From the NCBI GenBank assembly GCA_963779505.1, contig CAVZYK010000017.1, positions 108,896-172,895 on the forward strand: a DNA stretch of 64,000 nt, read 5' to 3'. A model generated the notes under the pieces. It was not told the origin of the DNA. It did not search any database and saw nothing but the letters and a program-made list of their open reading frames with translations. Below, piece by piece: positions 10,741 to 20,505 of this stretch. Positions within the stretch are counted from its first letter, which is position 1. Each line of letters begins with the position of its first letter. The stretch comes from an uncultured Actinomycetes bacterium. GTDB taxonomy: Bacteria; Actinomycetota; Thermoleophilia; Gaiellales; Gaiellaceae. The position numbers and the translations under genes were made by a program.

Positions 10741-12935
10741 GCCCGCGCCGCTCCGACGACCTCGATTTCATCCTCCGCCACCGCGGCCGGAAGAAGAAGC
10801 GCGCAGACCGCATCCGCCGCCGCCGCCGCGCGGGCGTGATCCTCGGCGTGCTCGCGGTCGTCGTCATCATCGCGGTGCTCAGCGCCGGTCTCGGGGCGGG
10901 CGCCGCGCTCTCGCAGAGCTGCAACCTGAACACCCTCCGCCCGGTCGAGATCGGCCAGAACTCGTTCGTGTTCGCGCGCGACGGCTCCGTGCTCGGCTCG
11001 ATCCCGGCCGAGCGCAACCGCGAGCCGGTCTCGAACCGCCAGATGTCGAAGTGGCTGCCGCGCGCGACCGTCTCGATCGAGGACCGGCGCTTCTACCAGC
11101 ACGGCGGCGTCGACTACGAGGGCATCGCGCGCGCCGCGTGGAAGGACGTGACGGCCGGCAAGGTCGTCGAGGGCGGCTCGACGATCACGCAGCAGCTGGT
11201 CCGCAACCTCTACATCGGCCAGGAGAAGACGCTGAAGCGCAAGGTGAAAGAGGCGTGTCTCGCGATCAAGCTCTCGAGCAAGTGGCCGAAGTCGAAGATC
11301 CTCAACGAGTACCTGAACACCGTCTACTACGGCAACCACGCCTACGGCGTCGAGGCGGCCTCGCAGACGTACTTCTCGAAGCCTGCGTCGCAGCTGACGC
11401 TGCTCGAGTCGGCGATGCTCGCCGGCCTGCCGCAGGCGCCGTCCATCTACGACCCGTTCCACAGCCCGCAGGCAGCGCTCGACCGCCGCGACGAGGTGCT
11501 GCGCGCGATGCTCTCGAACGGCGCGCTGACGTTGCGCCAGTACGACCACGCGGTCAAGTCGAACACGCTCGGGCTGAAGGCCGGCCGCATCTACACGCGC
11601 ATCAAGCAGCCGTACTTCTTCTCGTACGTGATCGACGAGCTCGAGCGCGAGTACGGCGCGAACACCGTTCGCGAAGGCGGGCTGAAGGTCTACACGACGA
11701 TCGACCCGCGTTTGCAGCGGAACGCCGTCAAGGCGATGCGCGACGTCCTGCCGTACCGGTCGGACCCGGCGTCGGCGATCGTCTCGGTCGAGCCCGGCAC
11801 CGGCGCGATCCGCGCCATGACCGCTGTCGTGCGCAGTGCGAAGAACCAGTTCAACCTTGCTGCGCAGTCGCGTCGCCAGGCAGGCTCGACGTTCAAGACG
11901 TTCGTGCTCGCGTCGGCGATCGAGCAAGGCGTCGACCCCGACTCGACGTACTACACGTCGGCGCCGTTCACCTGCTCGCGCGGCCCCTGGTGCCAGGAGC
12001 CGTACTCGGTGCACACCTACGGCAACGACTACCACGGGTCGATGTCGCTGACGCGCGCGACGCTCTCGTCGGACAACACGGTGTACGCACAGCTGACGCT
12101 CGACGTCGGCCCGCGATACGTGTGGCAGATGGCCCACCGGCTCGGCGTGCACATGTCGCCGGACACGCCCGTCGCGTCGATCGGCCTCGGCTCGCTCGCC
12201 GTCTCGCCGCTCGACATGGCGGCTGCCTACGCGACCTTCGCGGCGATGGGGATCTACGCGAAGCCGATGGCGATCACGAAGGTGATCCTGCCCGGGAACA
12301 AGGTCGACGAGGACAGCGGCTGGGGCAAGCCACAGACCAAGCGCGCGGTCAGCGAGGGCGTTGCCTGGAAGGTCAACGACGTGCTGCGCCAGAACGCCCT
12401 CTACGGCACCGGTGCCGGCTCGACCGACGGGCTGCACCCGAACGCCGGCAAGACGGGCACGACGGAGAACCACGCCGACGCGTGGTTCGACGGGTACACG
12501 CGCCAGCTCAGCACCGTCGTCTGGATGGGCTATCCGAAGGGCGAGATCCCGATGCTGAACGTGCACGGCCAGGAAGTCGCGGGCGCGACCTTCCCCGTCC
12601 CGATCTGGCACGAGTACATGGCGGCGGCGCTCTGGCACCACAAGGTGCTCGGCTTCGAGCTGCCGAACCGCTATCCGGTCTGGCGCTCGATCACCCGCGG
12701 GAACTACGGGAGCTTCGGTTACACCCAGACCTACGCGCCGACGTACACCCAGCCGTACACGTCCAGCACGACGACGACGACCGCGGCTCCGCCACCGGCT
12801 GTGACGACACACGCCACACCGCCGCCGGCCCACACGACTCCGAAGACGACGACGGCAGCGGCGCCGCCTCCGCCGCCCGTCACGACCACCCCGCCACCGC
12901 CGCCGGTGACGACGACCGACCTGCCGCCGGGCTAG
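10737..12935 (+). CDS. class A penicillin-binding protein (transglycosylase/transpeptidase) with a Pro/Thr-rich C-terminal tail
   Basis: GT51 motifs EDRRFYQHGGVDYEG and GGSTITQQLVRN. Transpeptidase motifs STFK, SSDN and KTGTT. Single N-terminal TM helix. Confidence 0.93.
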   Translation: MSPRRSDDLDFILRHRGRKKKRADRIRRRRRAGVILGVLAVVVIIAVLSAGLGAGAALSQSCNLNTLRPVEIGQNSFVFARDGSVLGSIPAERNREPVSNRQMSKWLPRATVSIEDRRFYQHGGVDYEGIARAAWKDVTAGKVVEGGSTITQQLVRNLYIGQEKTLKRKVKEACLAIKLSSKWPKSKILNEYLNTVYYGNHAYGVEAASQTYFSKPASQLTLLESAMLAGLPQAPSIYDPFHSPQAALDRRDEVLRAMLSNGALTLRQYDHAVKSNTLGLKAGRIYTRIKQPYFFSYVIDELEREYGANTVREGGLKVYTTIDPRLQRNAVKAMRDVLPYRSDPASAIVSVEPGTGAIRAMTAVVRSAKNQFNLAAQSRRQAGSTFKTFVLASAIEQGVDPDSTYYTSAPFTCSRGPWCQEPYSVHTYGNDYHGSMSLTRATLSSDNTVYAQLTLDVGPRYVWQMAHRLGVHMSPDTPVASIGLGSLAVSPLDMAAAYATFAAMGIYAKPMAITKVILPGNKVDEDSGWGKPQTKRAVSEGVAWKVNDVLRQNALYGTGAGSTDGLHPNAGKTGTTENHADAWFDGYTRQLSTVVWMGYPKGEIPMLNVHGQEVAGATFPVPIWHEYMAAALWHHKVLGFELPNRYPVWRSITRGNYGSFGYTQTYAPTYTQPYTSSTTTTTAAPPPAVTTHATPPPAHTTPKTTTAAAPPPPPVTTTPPPPPVTTTDLPPG

Positions 12936-12947
12936 AGGCCTCCCGCG

Positions 12948-13904
12948 CTACACGAGTGGCGCGAGCAGCTCGGCCCAGCGCGCGCCGAGTGCGCGCCGGC
13001 TCGCGCGCTCCCGGAAGACGCGATTACCCGTTGCGGCGATGCGCGCGCGCAGCTCGTCGTCCGCGGCGAGCCGCGTGACCGCGTCCGCGAGCGCCGCCGG
13101 ATCGTCCGGCGGGACGAGCAGTGCCGACTCGCCGTCGGTGAGTAGCTCGCGCGCGGCGACCGTGTCCGCGGTGATCACGGGTGCGCCTGTCGAGAGCGCG
13201 TCGAAGACCGTCGGCGGGATCGCGCGCGACTCGCGGAAGCTGCCGAGCACGATGCCCGCGTGCGCGACCGCGATGCCGAGCTGCTCGGGTGCGATCTCGT
13301 CGCGCACCGCGACCCGCACGGGGACGTCCGTCTGCGCCGACGCCGCTCGCACGACGTCGGCGGAGGGGTCGGCGAAGTGGACGGCGGTGAAGGGATACGT
13401 CGGCGACCAGGTCTCGCCGTACAGCTCTTCGTCGGCTCCGAGGAACACCGCCTCTGCACGCTTGGCGCCCAGGCCCTCGAGGTAGGCCGCCTCGACGCGC
13501 GTGCCGCAGACGACGAGGTCCGGAAGCCGCAGCGCGCGCGTGTCGACGACGCGCAGCACGGTCGCCGCGGCGGAGCGCGGACGGAAGCGCCGGCGCACTC
13601 CCACGAGCTCGTCCTCGAGCGAGAGCACGGCGTCGAAGACGAGCGGTCGCTTGCCTGCGAGCCGGCGCGCTCGTGGGACGTCGAAGTGTCCCGGGTAGCC
13701 GACGATCACGATGTCGAACGCGCGGCGCCTCGGCCAGAGCAAGCGCGTCTCCGCCGACGCGACGCTGAGCACGCCGAGCACGCCTGTGCCATGCACCGCG
13801 ACGCTGCGCTCGACGACGTCGATCCCGGCGGTGCGCATCGCCGCGATCGCGTTCAGGTTGCGCGGATGGTCGCGGTCGTAGGTGCCGAAGTAGAGCGCTC
13901 TCAC
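12948..13904 (-). CDS. glycosyltransferase (GT-B fold, family 1/4-like)
   Basis: The C-terminal half reads ..FDALSTGAPVITADTVAARELLTDGESALLVPPDDPAALADAV, the typical GT1/GT4 nucleotide-sugar binding region. Confidence 0.7.
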   Translation of the reverse strand: MRALYFGTYDRDHPRNLNAIAAMRTAGIDVVERSVAVHGTGVLGVLSVASAETRLLWPRRRAFDIVIVGYPGHFDVPRARRLAGKRPLVFDAVLSLEDELVGVRRRFRPRSAAATVLRVVDTRALRLPDLVVCGTRVEAAYLEGLGAKRAEAVFLGADEELYGETWSPTYPFTAVHFADPSADVVRAASAQTDVPVRVAVRDEIAPEQLGIAVAHAGIVLGSFRESRAIPPTVFDALSTGAPVITADTVAARELLTDGESALLVPPDDPAALADAVTRLAADDELRARIAATGNRVFRERASRRALGARWAELLAPLV

Positions 13905-15235
13905 GGTGCGACGGTCGTCGTCGTGCCCTGGAGCGGCGCTGCGGCCGTCGTGGTCGGCGTCGTGTCGGTCACCGTCGGCGCTGTCGTCACCGGTGCGGTC
14001 GTCGGCGGCGGGACCGTCGTCACCGGGAGCGTCGTCACGGGTGCGGTCGTCACGGGCAGGGTCGTGACCGGTGCGGTGGTCGGCGGCGGAGCCGTGGTCG
14101 TGCGGGCGGTCGTCGTGGGCGCAGTCGTCGTGGCCTCGGTCGAGGTCGCGGCTGTCGTCGTCGCCTCGGTCGTGGTCGCCTGGGTCGTCGCGGACGGAAC
14201 CGACGGCAGGCTCAGCGACGGCGGCGGGGCCTGGGTCGACGACCCGTCGCCACCCCCGCCACCGCTCAGCGCGAGGGCGAGCGCCACGCCGCCGCCGAGC
14301 AGCACGACGAGCGCAATCACCAACGGCACGACCGGCAGCCGCCGTCGCGCGCCGGCAGCCGCAGCCGGTCGCAGCACCTGGGTCGCGTCGGTCTCCGCCG
14401 GCGGCGGGAACGCGCCCGGCGCGGCGACGATCGTCGCGTCGCCCGGGTCGCCGCGCAGCTCGCGCAGGAGCGCAGCGCCGTCGGCGGGGCGGTCGGCGGG
14501 ATCCTTGGCGAGGGCGGCGGTCGTGATGCTCTCGAGCCGCGGCGGCACGTCGGGACGCACGTCGGCGACGGCCGGCGGTTCGTCGTCGCGGTGCATGCGG
14601 ACGAGCTCCATCGCATTCGTCGAGACGAACGGCAGCCGCCCCGTGAGCATCCGGAAGAGGATGACGCCGAACGAGTAGACGTCGCTCGCAGGCCCCGCGG
14701 GCTGTCCCGCGGCTTGCTCAGGCGAGATGTACGACGCGGTCCCGAGCACCGTCCCCGCCTCGGTCAGCCCGAGGTTGTCGGCCATGCGCGCGATGCCGAA
14801 GTCGGCGATCTTGGCGCGTCCCTCGACGTCGAAGAGGACGTTCGCGGGCTTCAGGTCGCGATGGACGAGGCCGCGTGCGTGTGCGTGCGCGAGGCCGGCG
14901 GCGAGCTCGGTTGCGATGCGCATCGTCTCGTCGTCGGCAAGCGGGCCGGCCTTCAGCCGCTCCTCGAGCGAGCCGTTCGGCAGGTACTCGAGCACCATGA
15001 ACGGCTTGCCGTCTGCCTCGCCGTAGTCGTAGACGGCGCAGATGTTGGGGTGCGACAGCGCGGCGGCGGCGCGGGCCTCGCGCTCGAAGCGCGAGCGGTC
15101 GGCGCTCGGAGCGAGCGTCTTGACGGCGACGCGGCGACCCAGCTCCTCGTCCTCGGCGAGCCAGACGGAGCTCATCGGGCCTCGCCCGAGCGTCTCGTGC
15201 AGGCGGTAGCGCCCCGCGATCAGATCCCCGGCCAT
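13901..15235 (-). CDS. Ser/Thr protein kinase with one TM helix and an extracellular Thr/Pro-rich tail
   Basis: Hanks motifs GRGPMSSVWLA, VAVK, HRDLKPANVL, DFG and SPEQ. TM helix LPVVPLVIALVVLLGGGVALALAL. ATG at 15235, chosen from within the longer ORF 13901-15643. Confidence 0.9.
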   Translation of the reverse strand: MAGDLIAGRYRLHETLGRGPMSSVWLAEDEELGRRVAVKTLAPSADRSRFEREARAAAALSHPNICAVYDYGEADGKPFMVLEYLPNGSLEERLKAGPLADDETMRIATELAAGLAHAHARGLVHRDLKPANVLFDVEGRAKIADFGIARMADNLGLTEAGTVLGTASYISPEQAAGQPAGPASDVYSFGVILFRMLTGRLPFVSTNAMELVRMHRDDEPPAVADVRPDVPPRLESITTAALAKDPADRPADGAALLRELRGDPGDATIVAAPGAFPPPAETDATQVLRPAAAAGARRRLPVVPLVIALVVLLGGGVALALALSGGGGGDGSSTQAPPPSLSLPSVPSATTQATTTEATTTAATSTEATTTAPTTTARTTTAPPPTTAPVTTLPVTTAPVTTLPVTTVPPPTTAPVTTAPTVTDTTPTTTAAAPLQGTTTTVAP

Positions 15236-15242
15236 GCGGGCG

Positions 15243-15250
15243 ATTATCGT
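15243..15250. promoter_or_regulatory. overlapping divergent -10 hexamers (minus GATAAT, plus TATCGT) inside the palindrome CGATTATCG
   Basis: The spacer between start codons 15235 (minus) and 15260 (plus) is 24 nt. The hexamers lie 7 nt and 9 nt from their respective start codons. Confidence 0.45.
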
Positions 15251-15259
15251 GAAGTCGGC

Positions 15260-16447
15260 GTGGACGACCTGCCGGGAATCGATGAAGCGCTCGACCAGGT
15301 GCTCTCGCGCGTGCAGCCGATCGCCGCCGAAGCGGTCCCGGTCGCTGCCGCTGCCGGCCGCGTGCTGGCGCAGGACGCGCGCGCGGTGGTCGACCTGCCG
15401 CCGTTCGCCAGCTCGGCGATGGACGGCTACGCGGTGCGCGCGTCGGACACGCCCGGCCGCCTCCCTGTCGGTGGCCAGTCGGCCGCCGGCTCGCCGCTCG
15501 GACGCCCGCAGGACGCGGGCGAGGCGGTCGTCATCTCGACCGGCGCAGTGGTGCCGGAGGGTGCGGACGCGGTCGTGCCGGTCGAGGTCACCGAGCGGGA
15601 GGGCGACGTCGTCCGGGTCGAGGCGGTGAACGCCGGCGCGCACGTTCGCCCGCGTGGCGGCGATGCGCGCAGCGGCGAGACGATCGGCTCCGCGGGCCAG
15701 CTGCTCGGGCCGACCCAGGTGGGTGCACTCGCCGCGGTTGGGCTCGCGTCCGTCGTCTGCGCGCGCAGGCCGCAGGTCGCCGTGCTCGCGACCGGCTCCG
15801 AGTTGCGCGCTCCCGGCGAGACGCTGGGGCCTGGCGAGATCTACGAGTCGAACACCGCCCTGATCGCCGCGCAGGTGCGGTCGGCCGGCGGCGAGCCGGT
15901 CGTGCTCGCCCCGGTCGCAGACGACGCCGACGCAACGCGCGAGGCGCTCGCCCGCGGGCTCGAGTCGGACGTGCTGATCACCTCAGGCGGCGTCTCGGTC
16001 GGCCCGCACGACCTCGTTCGCCGCGCGCTGCAGGAGCTCGGCGCGGCCGAAGTGTTCTGGCGCGTCGCCGTCAAGCCCGGCAAGCCGATCGCATTCGCGA
16101 CGCGCGGAACGACACTCGTCTTCGGCCTGCCGGGGAACCCCGTCTCGTCGCTCGTCGGCTTCGAGCTCTTCGTGCGCCCCGCACTGCTCGCACTGCAGGG
16201 TGCGACCCGGCCGCAGCCGGCGTTTCTGCCGGGCCGCGCCGCGGTCGACCTGCCGCGGAACGACGCGCGGGACGAGCTGGTTCGGGCGCGCGTTCGCGTC
16301 GAGCCGGAGGGCGTCGTGCTCGAGCCCGTGACGGGTCAGGACTCGCACATGATCGCGCGCGCGTTCCCCGCCGACGCACTCGTGCTCGTTCCGCGCGGGG
16401 ACGGCGCCGTGCCGGCCGGCGCGCCGGTCAGCTACCTGTCGCTCTAG
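15260..16447 (+). CDS. moeA: molybdopterin molybdenumtransferase MoeA
   Basis: IDEALDQVL..PPFASSAMDGYAV..VISTGAVVPEGADAVVP..LATGSEL..SGGVSVGPHD..GLPGNPVSS. GTG 15260 is the first plausible start in frame. Confidence 0.9.
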   Translation: MDDLPGIDEALDQVLSRVQPIAAEAVPVAAAAGRVLAQDARAVVDLPPFASSAMDGYAVRASDTPGRLPVGGQSAAGSPLGRPQDAGEAVVISTGAVVPEGADAVVPVEVTEREGDVVRVEAVNAGAHVRPRGGDARSGETIGSAGQLLGPTQVGALAAVGLASVVCARRPQVAVLATGSELRAPGETLGPGEIYESNTALIAAQVRSAGGEPVVLAPVADDADATREALARGLESDVLITSGGVSVGPHDLVRRALQELGAAEVFWRVAVKPGKPIAFATRGTTLVFGLPGNPVSSLVGFELFVRPALLALQGATRPQPAFLPGRAAVDLPRNDARDELVRARVRVEPEGVVLEPVTGQDSHMIARAFPADALVLVPRGDGAVPAGAPVSYLSL

Positions 16448-16463
16448 CGGTGGCCGGGCGCAG

Positions 16464-18350
16464 CTAGCCGCCGACCGCGCGACGACGCTCCTCGGTTACG
16501 CGCCGCCGCGCCCGCGTCGTCAGGACGATCGTGCGCACGAGCTCGCGCAACGGGCCGCGTGCCGGCCGCTCCGACGCCGGCGGATACGGGCCGTAGCGCC
16601 CGGCGGAGACCGCGGCGAGCTGTGCGCCGCACGCGGTCCAGCCGAGTGCGATCGCGACGACGGCGACCGGCACATAGCCAACCGCCGCCAGCTCGACGAG
16701 ATACCAGGGTGCGTCGAACCCGAGCCCGTATCGGCTCGCGAACGACGCGAGCAGCACGATCGGCCCGGCGAGCCCGATCACGAAGACGACGACGCGCGCC
16801 GACGCGTGGCCGTTGCGGACTTGCGGCAGCCAGAGCCACGCGTGCACGGCGGGCAGGATGAAGATCAGCGCGAACGGGTTTGTTGCCAGGATAAGCAACG
16901 CAACGACACCCAGCGCGAGCAGCGCGACCGTCTCGCCGGCGAGCAGCTCGTCCGGTGCGACCGGCCGGCGCGGAACGAGCCGCTGCCGCGCGACGATCCA
17001 GCCGAGCAACACGACGACACCGAGGCCGATCAGCGCGACGACGGGCCAGTTCCCCGCGGTTCCCGTGTCGGGCGCGGGCGGCCGGCCGTTGCCGGTGGGC
17101 CAGGCGCCCGCCGCGCGGAACGCATAGAAGGCGAGCCCGGCGAAGAGCCAGAAGGCGAGGCGGCTGCGCAGGCTGCGAGCCGCGGGAGCGAGTGGGATGC
17201 CGCGTCGCCGGCAGCGGGCGAACAGGTCGACCGCGCCGACGAGGAACGGCACGAGCAGGCCGATCAGGAGCAGCTGCACGGCCCAGCCGCGAATGATCCG
17301 GTCGCCCGCCCAGATGAACGCGGTCGTGCCCTGGGCGAGCTCCGACCCCTGGTCGAGCGAGCCGACGAGGTCCTGGGCGGCGCGGCCCATCGCGTCGAGC
17401 CGGCCCTGGACGAGCAGCGAGCGCCGATCCGTGAACGCATCCGGAGGACGCTCGCCGGCGGTCGTCAGCGTGATGGCGGGGATGCCGCGCGCGACGAACG
17501 GGCCCTGTTCGTAGAGCGTGAAGGGGAAGGCGAGGTCGAGGAGCTGCGCGCCGAAGCCCGCCCGTGTCGCCCGCGAGCCGGTCTGTTCGAGCACGCGCTT
17601 CGCCGCCGTCTCGACGAGTCCCGCCGCCGGCGAGCGCGGCGTCTCACCGGCGATCACGATCCGTGGCGGCCCGGGGCCTGCGATCCCCCGCAGGTTGACG
17701 ACGGCGACGACATGGAACGGCAGCTGCTTGGCGAAGCGGACGGCCCCGAGCGAGCCGAACGCGCCGCCGTCCGTCGAGAGGAAGACGAGGGTGTGCGCCG
17801 GGCGGACGCGCTCGCCCGCGGGTGTGTCCGCCTGCGCGTAGCCGCGTGCAAGCTCGACGAGCGCAGCGGTGCCGCTCGCGTTGTCGTTCGCCCCCGGCCC
17901 GATGCCGGTGTTGTCCCGGTGCGCCATGACGACGATCGCATCCGAGGACTGTCCGCCGACGACCGCCCACAGGTTGTGCAGCTCGACGTTGCCGAGCCCG
18001 GGCACGTCCTCCCGCCAGGCGTCGGAGGAGACGGGCAGGTAGGGCTTCATCTGGTCGCGGAACCACTGCGCCGCCGCCAGCGAGCCCGGCGCCTCGGGCG
18101 CCCGGTCCGGGAATCGCTTCGAGAAGTCGTTCGCCAGATCCAGGGCGGCCGCGCCGTCGAAGTTCGGCGGCAGGAGCGGCGCCGGCAACGGCCCGGGCCG
18201 CGTGATGCTGAAGGCGAGGATCAGCAGCGGCAGCGAGAGCAGCAGGAAGCTGCTGCGGTAGAGCCGGGCGTTGACGGGACGCTCGAGCGAGCCGCGGCGC
18301 TTGCGCCGCCGCGCGCCGCCGCCCCGGGCGCTGACAGGGGATGCCGACAT
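16464..18350 (-). CDS. M28 family metallopeptidase fused to a multi-TM C-terminal domain
   Basis: AHRDNTGIGPGANDNASGTAALVELARGY (M28 zinc-ligand region), followed by about 7 hydrophobic helices. Confidence 0.8.
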   Translation of the reverse strand: MSASPVSARGGGARRRKRRGSLERPVNARLYRSSFLLLSLPLLILAFSITRPGPLPAPLLPPNFDGAAALDLANDFSKRFPDRAPEAPGSLAAAQWFRDQMKPYLPVSSDAWREDVPGLGNVELHNLWAVVGGQSSDAIVVMAHRDNTGIGPGANDNASGTAALVELARGYAQADTPAGERVRPAHTLVFLSTDGGAFGSLGAVRFAKQLPFHVVAVVNLRGIAGPGPPRIVIAGETPRSPAAGLVETAAKRVLEQTGSRATRAGFGAQLLDLAFPFTLYEQGPFVARGIPAITLTTAGERPPDAFTDRRSLLVQGRLDAMGRAAQDLVGSLDQGSELAQGTTAFIWAGDRIIRGWAVQLLLIGLLVPFLVGAVDLFARCRRRGIPLAPAARSLRSRLAFWLFAGLAFYAFRAAGAWPTGNGRPPAPDTGTAGNWPVVALIGLGVVVLLGWIVARQRLVPRRPVAPDELLAGETVALLALGVVALLILATNPFALIFILPAVHAWLWLPQVRNGHASARVVVFVIGLAGPIVLLASFASRYGLGFDAPWYLVELAAVGYVPVAVVAIALGWTACGAQLAAVSAGRYGPYPPASERPARGPLRELVRTIVLTTRARRRVTEERRRAVGG

Positions 18351-18359
18351 GCCGAGGGC

Positions 18360-18366
18360 TACAGTA
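18360..18366. promoter_or_regulatory. overlapping divergent -10 hexamers (plus TACAGT 18360-18365, minus TACTGT on 18361-18366)
   Basis: The spacer between start codons 18350 (minus) and 18380 (plus) is 29 nt. There is no SD on either side. Confidence 0.45.
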
Positions 18367-18379
18367 GGCCAGCGACGCG

Positions 18380-19084
18380 ATGGCCGACCCCGCCCCCACG
18401 ATCCTGCTGGTCGACGACGAGGACGCCGTGCGCAAGGTGCTGGCCTTCCCGCTCGAGCGCGACGGCTACGAGGTGATCCAGGCGGCCGACGGCGAAGAGG
18501 CGCTGCAGCAGTTCGCGCAGCAGCCGGTCGACCTCGTCGTGCTCGACATCATGCTGCCGCGGCTCGACGGGCTCGAGGTCTGCAAGCGCCTGCGGGCGAC
18601 GAGCACCGTCCCGATCATCATGCTGACCGCCCGCGACGACGAGCTCGACAAGGTGATCGGCCTCGAGCTCGGCGCCGACGACTACATCACGAAGCCGTTC
18701 TCGATCCGCGAGTTCCGTTCCCGGGTGCGAGCCCTGCTGCGCCGGGCGCGTGCCCCACACACCTCGCTCGATGTCGTCGAGGAGGTGATCGAGCACGACG
18801 GCCTGCGGATCGACGTGCCACGGCGGATCGTCGAGGTGCGCGGCGCGGCGGTGCAGCTCACCTACGTCGAGTTCGAGCTCCTGCGCGCCCTGGCCGCGCA
18901 ACCGGGGCGGGTCTTCAGCCGGCGGATGCTGCTCGAGGCGCTCTGGAAGAGCGCCGACTACCGCGATCCGCGCACGATCGACGTGCACGTCCGGCACCTG
19001 CGCGAGAAGCTCGAGGCGGAGCCACGGACGCCCGAGTACATCCTGACCGTGCGCGGGGTCGGCTACCGCTTCCGCGACCGGTGA
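18380..19084 (+). CDS. OmpR-family response regulator (MprA/MtrA-like)
   Basis: Receiver domain (LLVDDE..DLVVLDIMLP..MLTA..KP) plus a winged-helix output domain (LTYVEFELLRAL..VHVRHLREKL..TVRGVGYRF). Confidence 0.92.
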   Translation: MADPAPTILLVDDEDAVRKVLAFPLERDGYEVIQAADGEEALQQFAQQPVDLVVLDIMLPRLDGLEVCKRLRATSTVPIIMLTARDDELDKVIGLELGADDYITKPFSIREFRSRVRALLRRARAPHTSLDVVEEVIEHDGLRIDVPRRIVEVRGAAVQLTYVEFELLRALAAQPGRVFSRRMLLEALWKSADYRDPRTIDVHVRHLREKLEAEPRTPEYILTVRGVGYRFRDR

Positions 19085-20488
19085 GCCCGTTCCGGAGCGT
19101 CGGCGCGAGGCTCGCGTTCGCGCTCCTGATCGTCGTTGCCGGCGTGCTGGCGATCGTCTACCTGATCGTCGTGCCGTCCTACCGCTCGTCGCTGGAGGCG
19201 AACGAGCTGCGCGCGCTCGAGCGGTCGCTGCGCTCGACCGCGATCCCGAACTATCCCGAGGCGTCCGTACCTGAAGCAGCAGTTCACGGAAGCCTGGGCG
19301 CCGAAGGTGAACGCGCGGATCGTCGTCTTCGACCTGCAGAACACGGTGCCGGCCCTGCTCGAGCCGGTGGCGGACTCGGCCTCCGAGACGGACTCGAGCG
19401 ACGTCGAGAACGACCCCGTCGCCTTCGAGGCGATCCAGGGGCTGACGCTCGCACGCGGCACCGTCTCGCGCGGCGGCCAGACCTACGCCGAGGTCGCCTA
19501 TCCGCTCGGCGGCTCGGTCGTGCTGCTCTCGGCGTCGATGCACGACCAGCTGCAGGTCGTCTCCGTCGTGCGCCGCCGGGTCTTCATCGCCGGCGCGATG
19601 GCGATGGTCTTCGCGGTCTTGCTGGGCTACGCGGGCGCGAGCGCCTTCGCGCGGCGGATCCGCCGCCTCGAGCTCGCCGCCGATCGGATCGCCGCCGGAC
19701 GCTTCGACGAGCCTGTCGTCGACCACGGCTCGGACGAGGTCGGCCAGCTCGCCCGCTCCTTCGAGCGGATGCGCCTGCGCCTCGCGCACCTCGACCGGGC
19801 CCGGGGCGAGTTCATCGCCAACGCCTCGCACGAGCTGCGCACCCCCCTCTTCTCGCTCGGCGGCTTCCTGGAGCTGCTGGACGACCCCGGCCTCGACGAG
19901 GGCACGCGCGACGAGTTCCTCGCGCAGATGCGGGAGCAGGTCGACCGCCTGGCGAAGCTGGCGACCGACCTGCTCGACCTCTCGCGGCTCGACGCCGGCC
20001 GGCTGGCGGTCACGACCGAGCCGATCGACCTCGGCGAGCTCGTCGACGACCTGGGTGCGGAGTTCCGCGCCCGCGCGGCGACCGTCTCGCATCCGCTCGA
20101 CGTGGCCCGCGAGGACGGGGTCGTGGCGCTCGGCGACACCGAGCGCGCCCGCCAGATCGGCCGCATCCTGGTCGAGAACGCGCTCGTGCACACGCCGGCC
20201 GGCACGACGGTGCGGGTCAGCAGCGCCCTCGACGGCAGTCGCGCCACGCTGACGGTGGCCAACGACGGGCCCGGCATCCCGCGCGACGCCCAGCAGCAGA
20301 TCTTCGAGCGCTTCTACCGGCTCGACGGCGGCCGCGCCTCGGGCAGCGGCCTCGGCCTGGCGATCGCGCGCGAGCTGGCCGAGGTGATGGGCGGCCGGAT
20401 CGAGCTCGACTCCCAGAACGGCTGGACGCTCTTCACGCTCGTGCTCTCGGCGGACGCCGACGTCGGCGCCCTCGTCGCCGCCGAGTAG
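19081..20488 (+). pseudogene. sensor histidine kinase (HAMP-HisKA-HATPase), one +1 frame break near 19255-19300
   Basis: GTG 19081 opens TM1 (ARLAFALLIVVAGVLAIVYLIVV). After ..IPNYPE the sequence continues in the frame of ORF 19307 (RPYLKQQFTEAWAPKVNARIVVFDL..). H-box SHELRTPL; G-boxes DGPGIP and GSGLGLAI. Confidence 0.85.
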
Positions 20489-20505
20489 GTTCGAGCAGAT
20501 TCGAG

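Noticed and set aside
10419-12833. 804-aa ORF on the minus strand
   Set aside because: It is entirely antisense to the class A PBP gene, which has clear catalytic motifs. The translation is Arg/Ala/Gly/Asp-rich with no motif. Long open antisense frames of this kind are typical of very GC-rich DNA.
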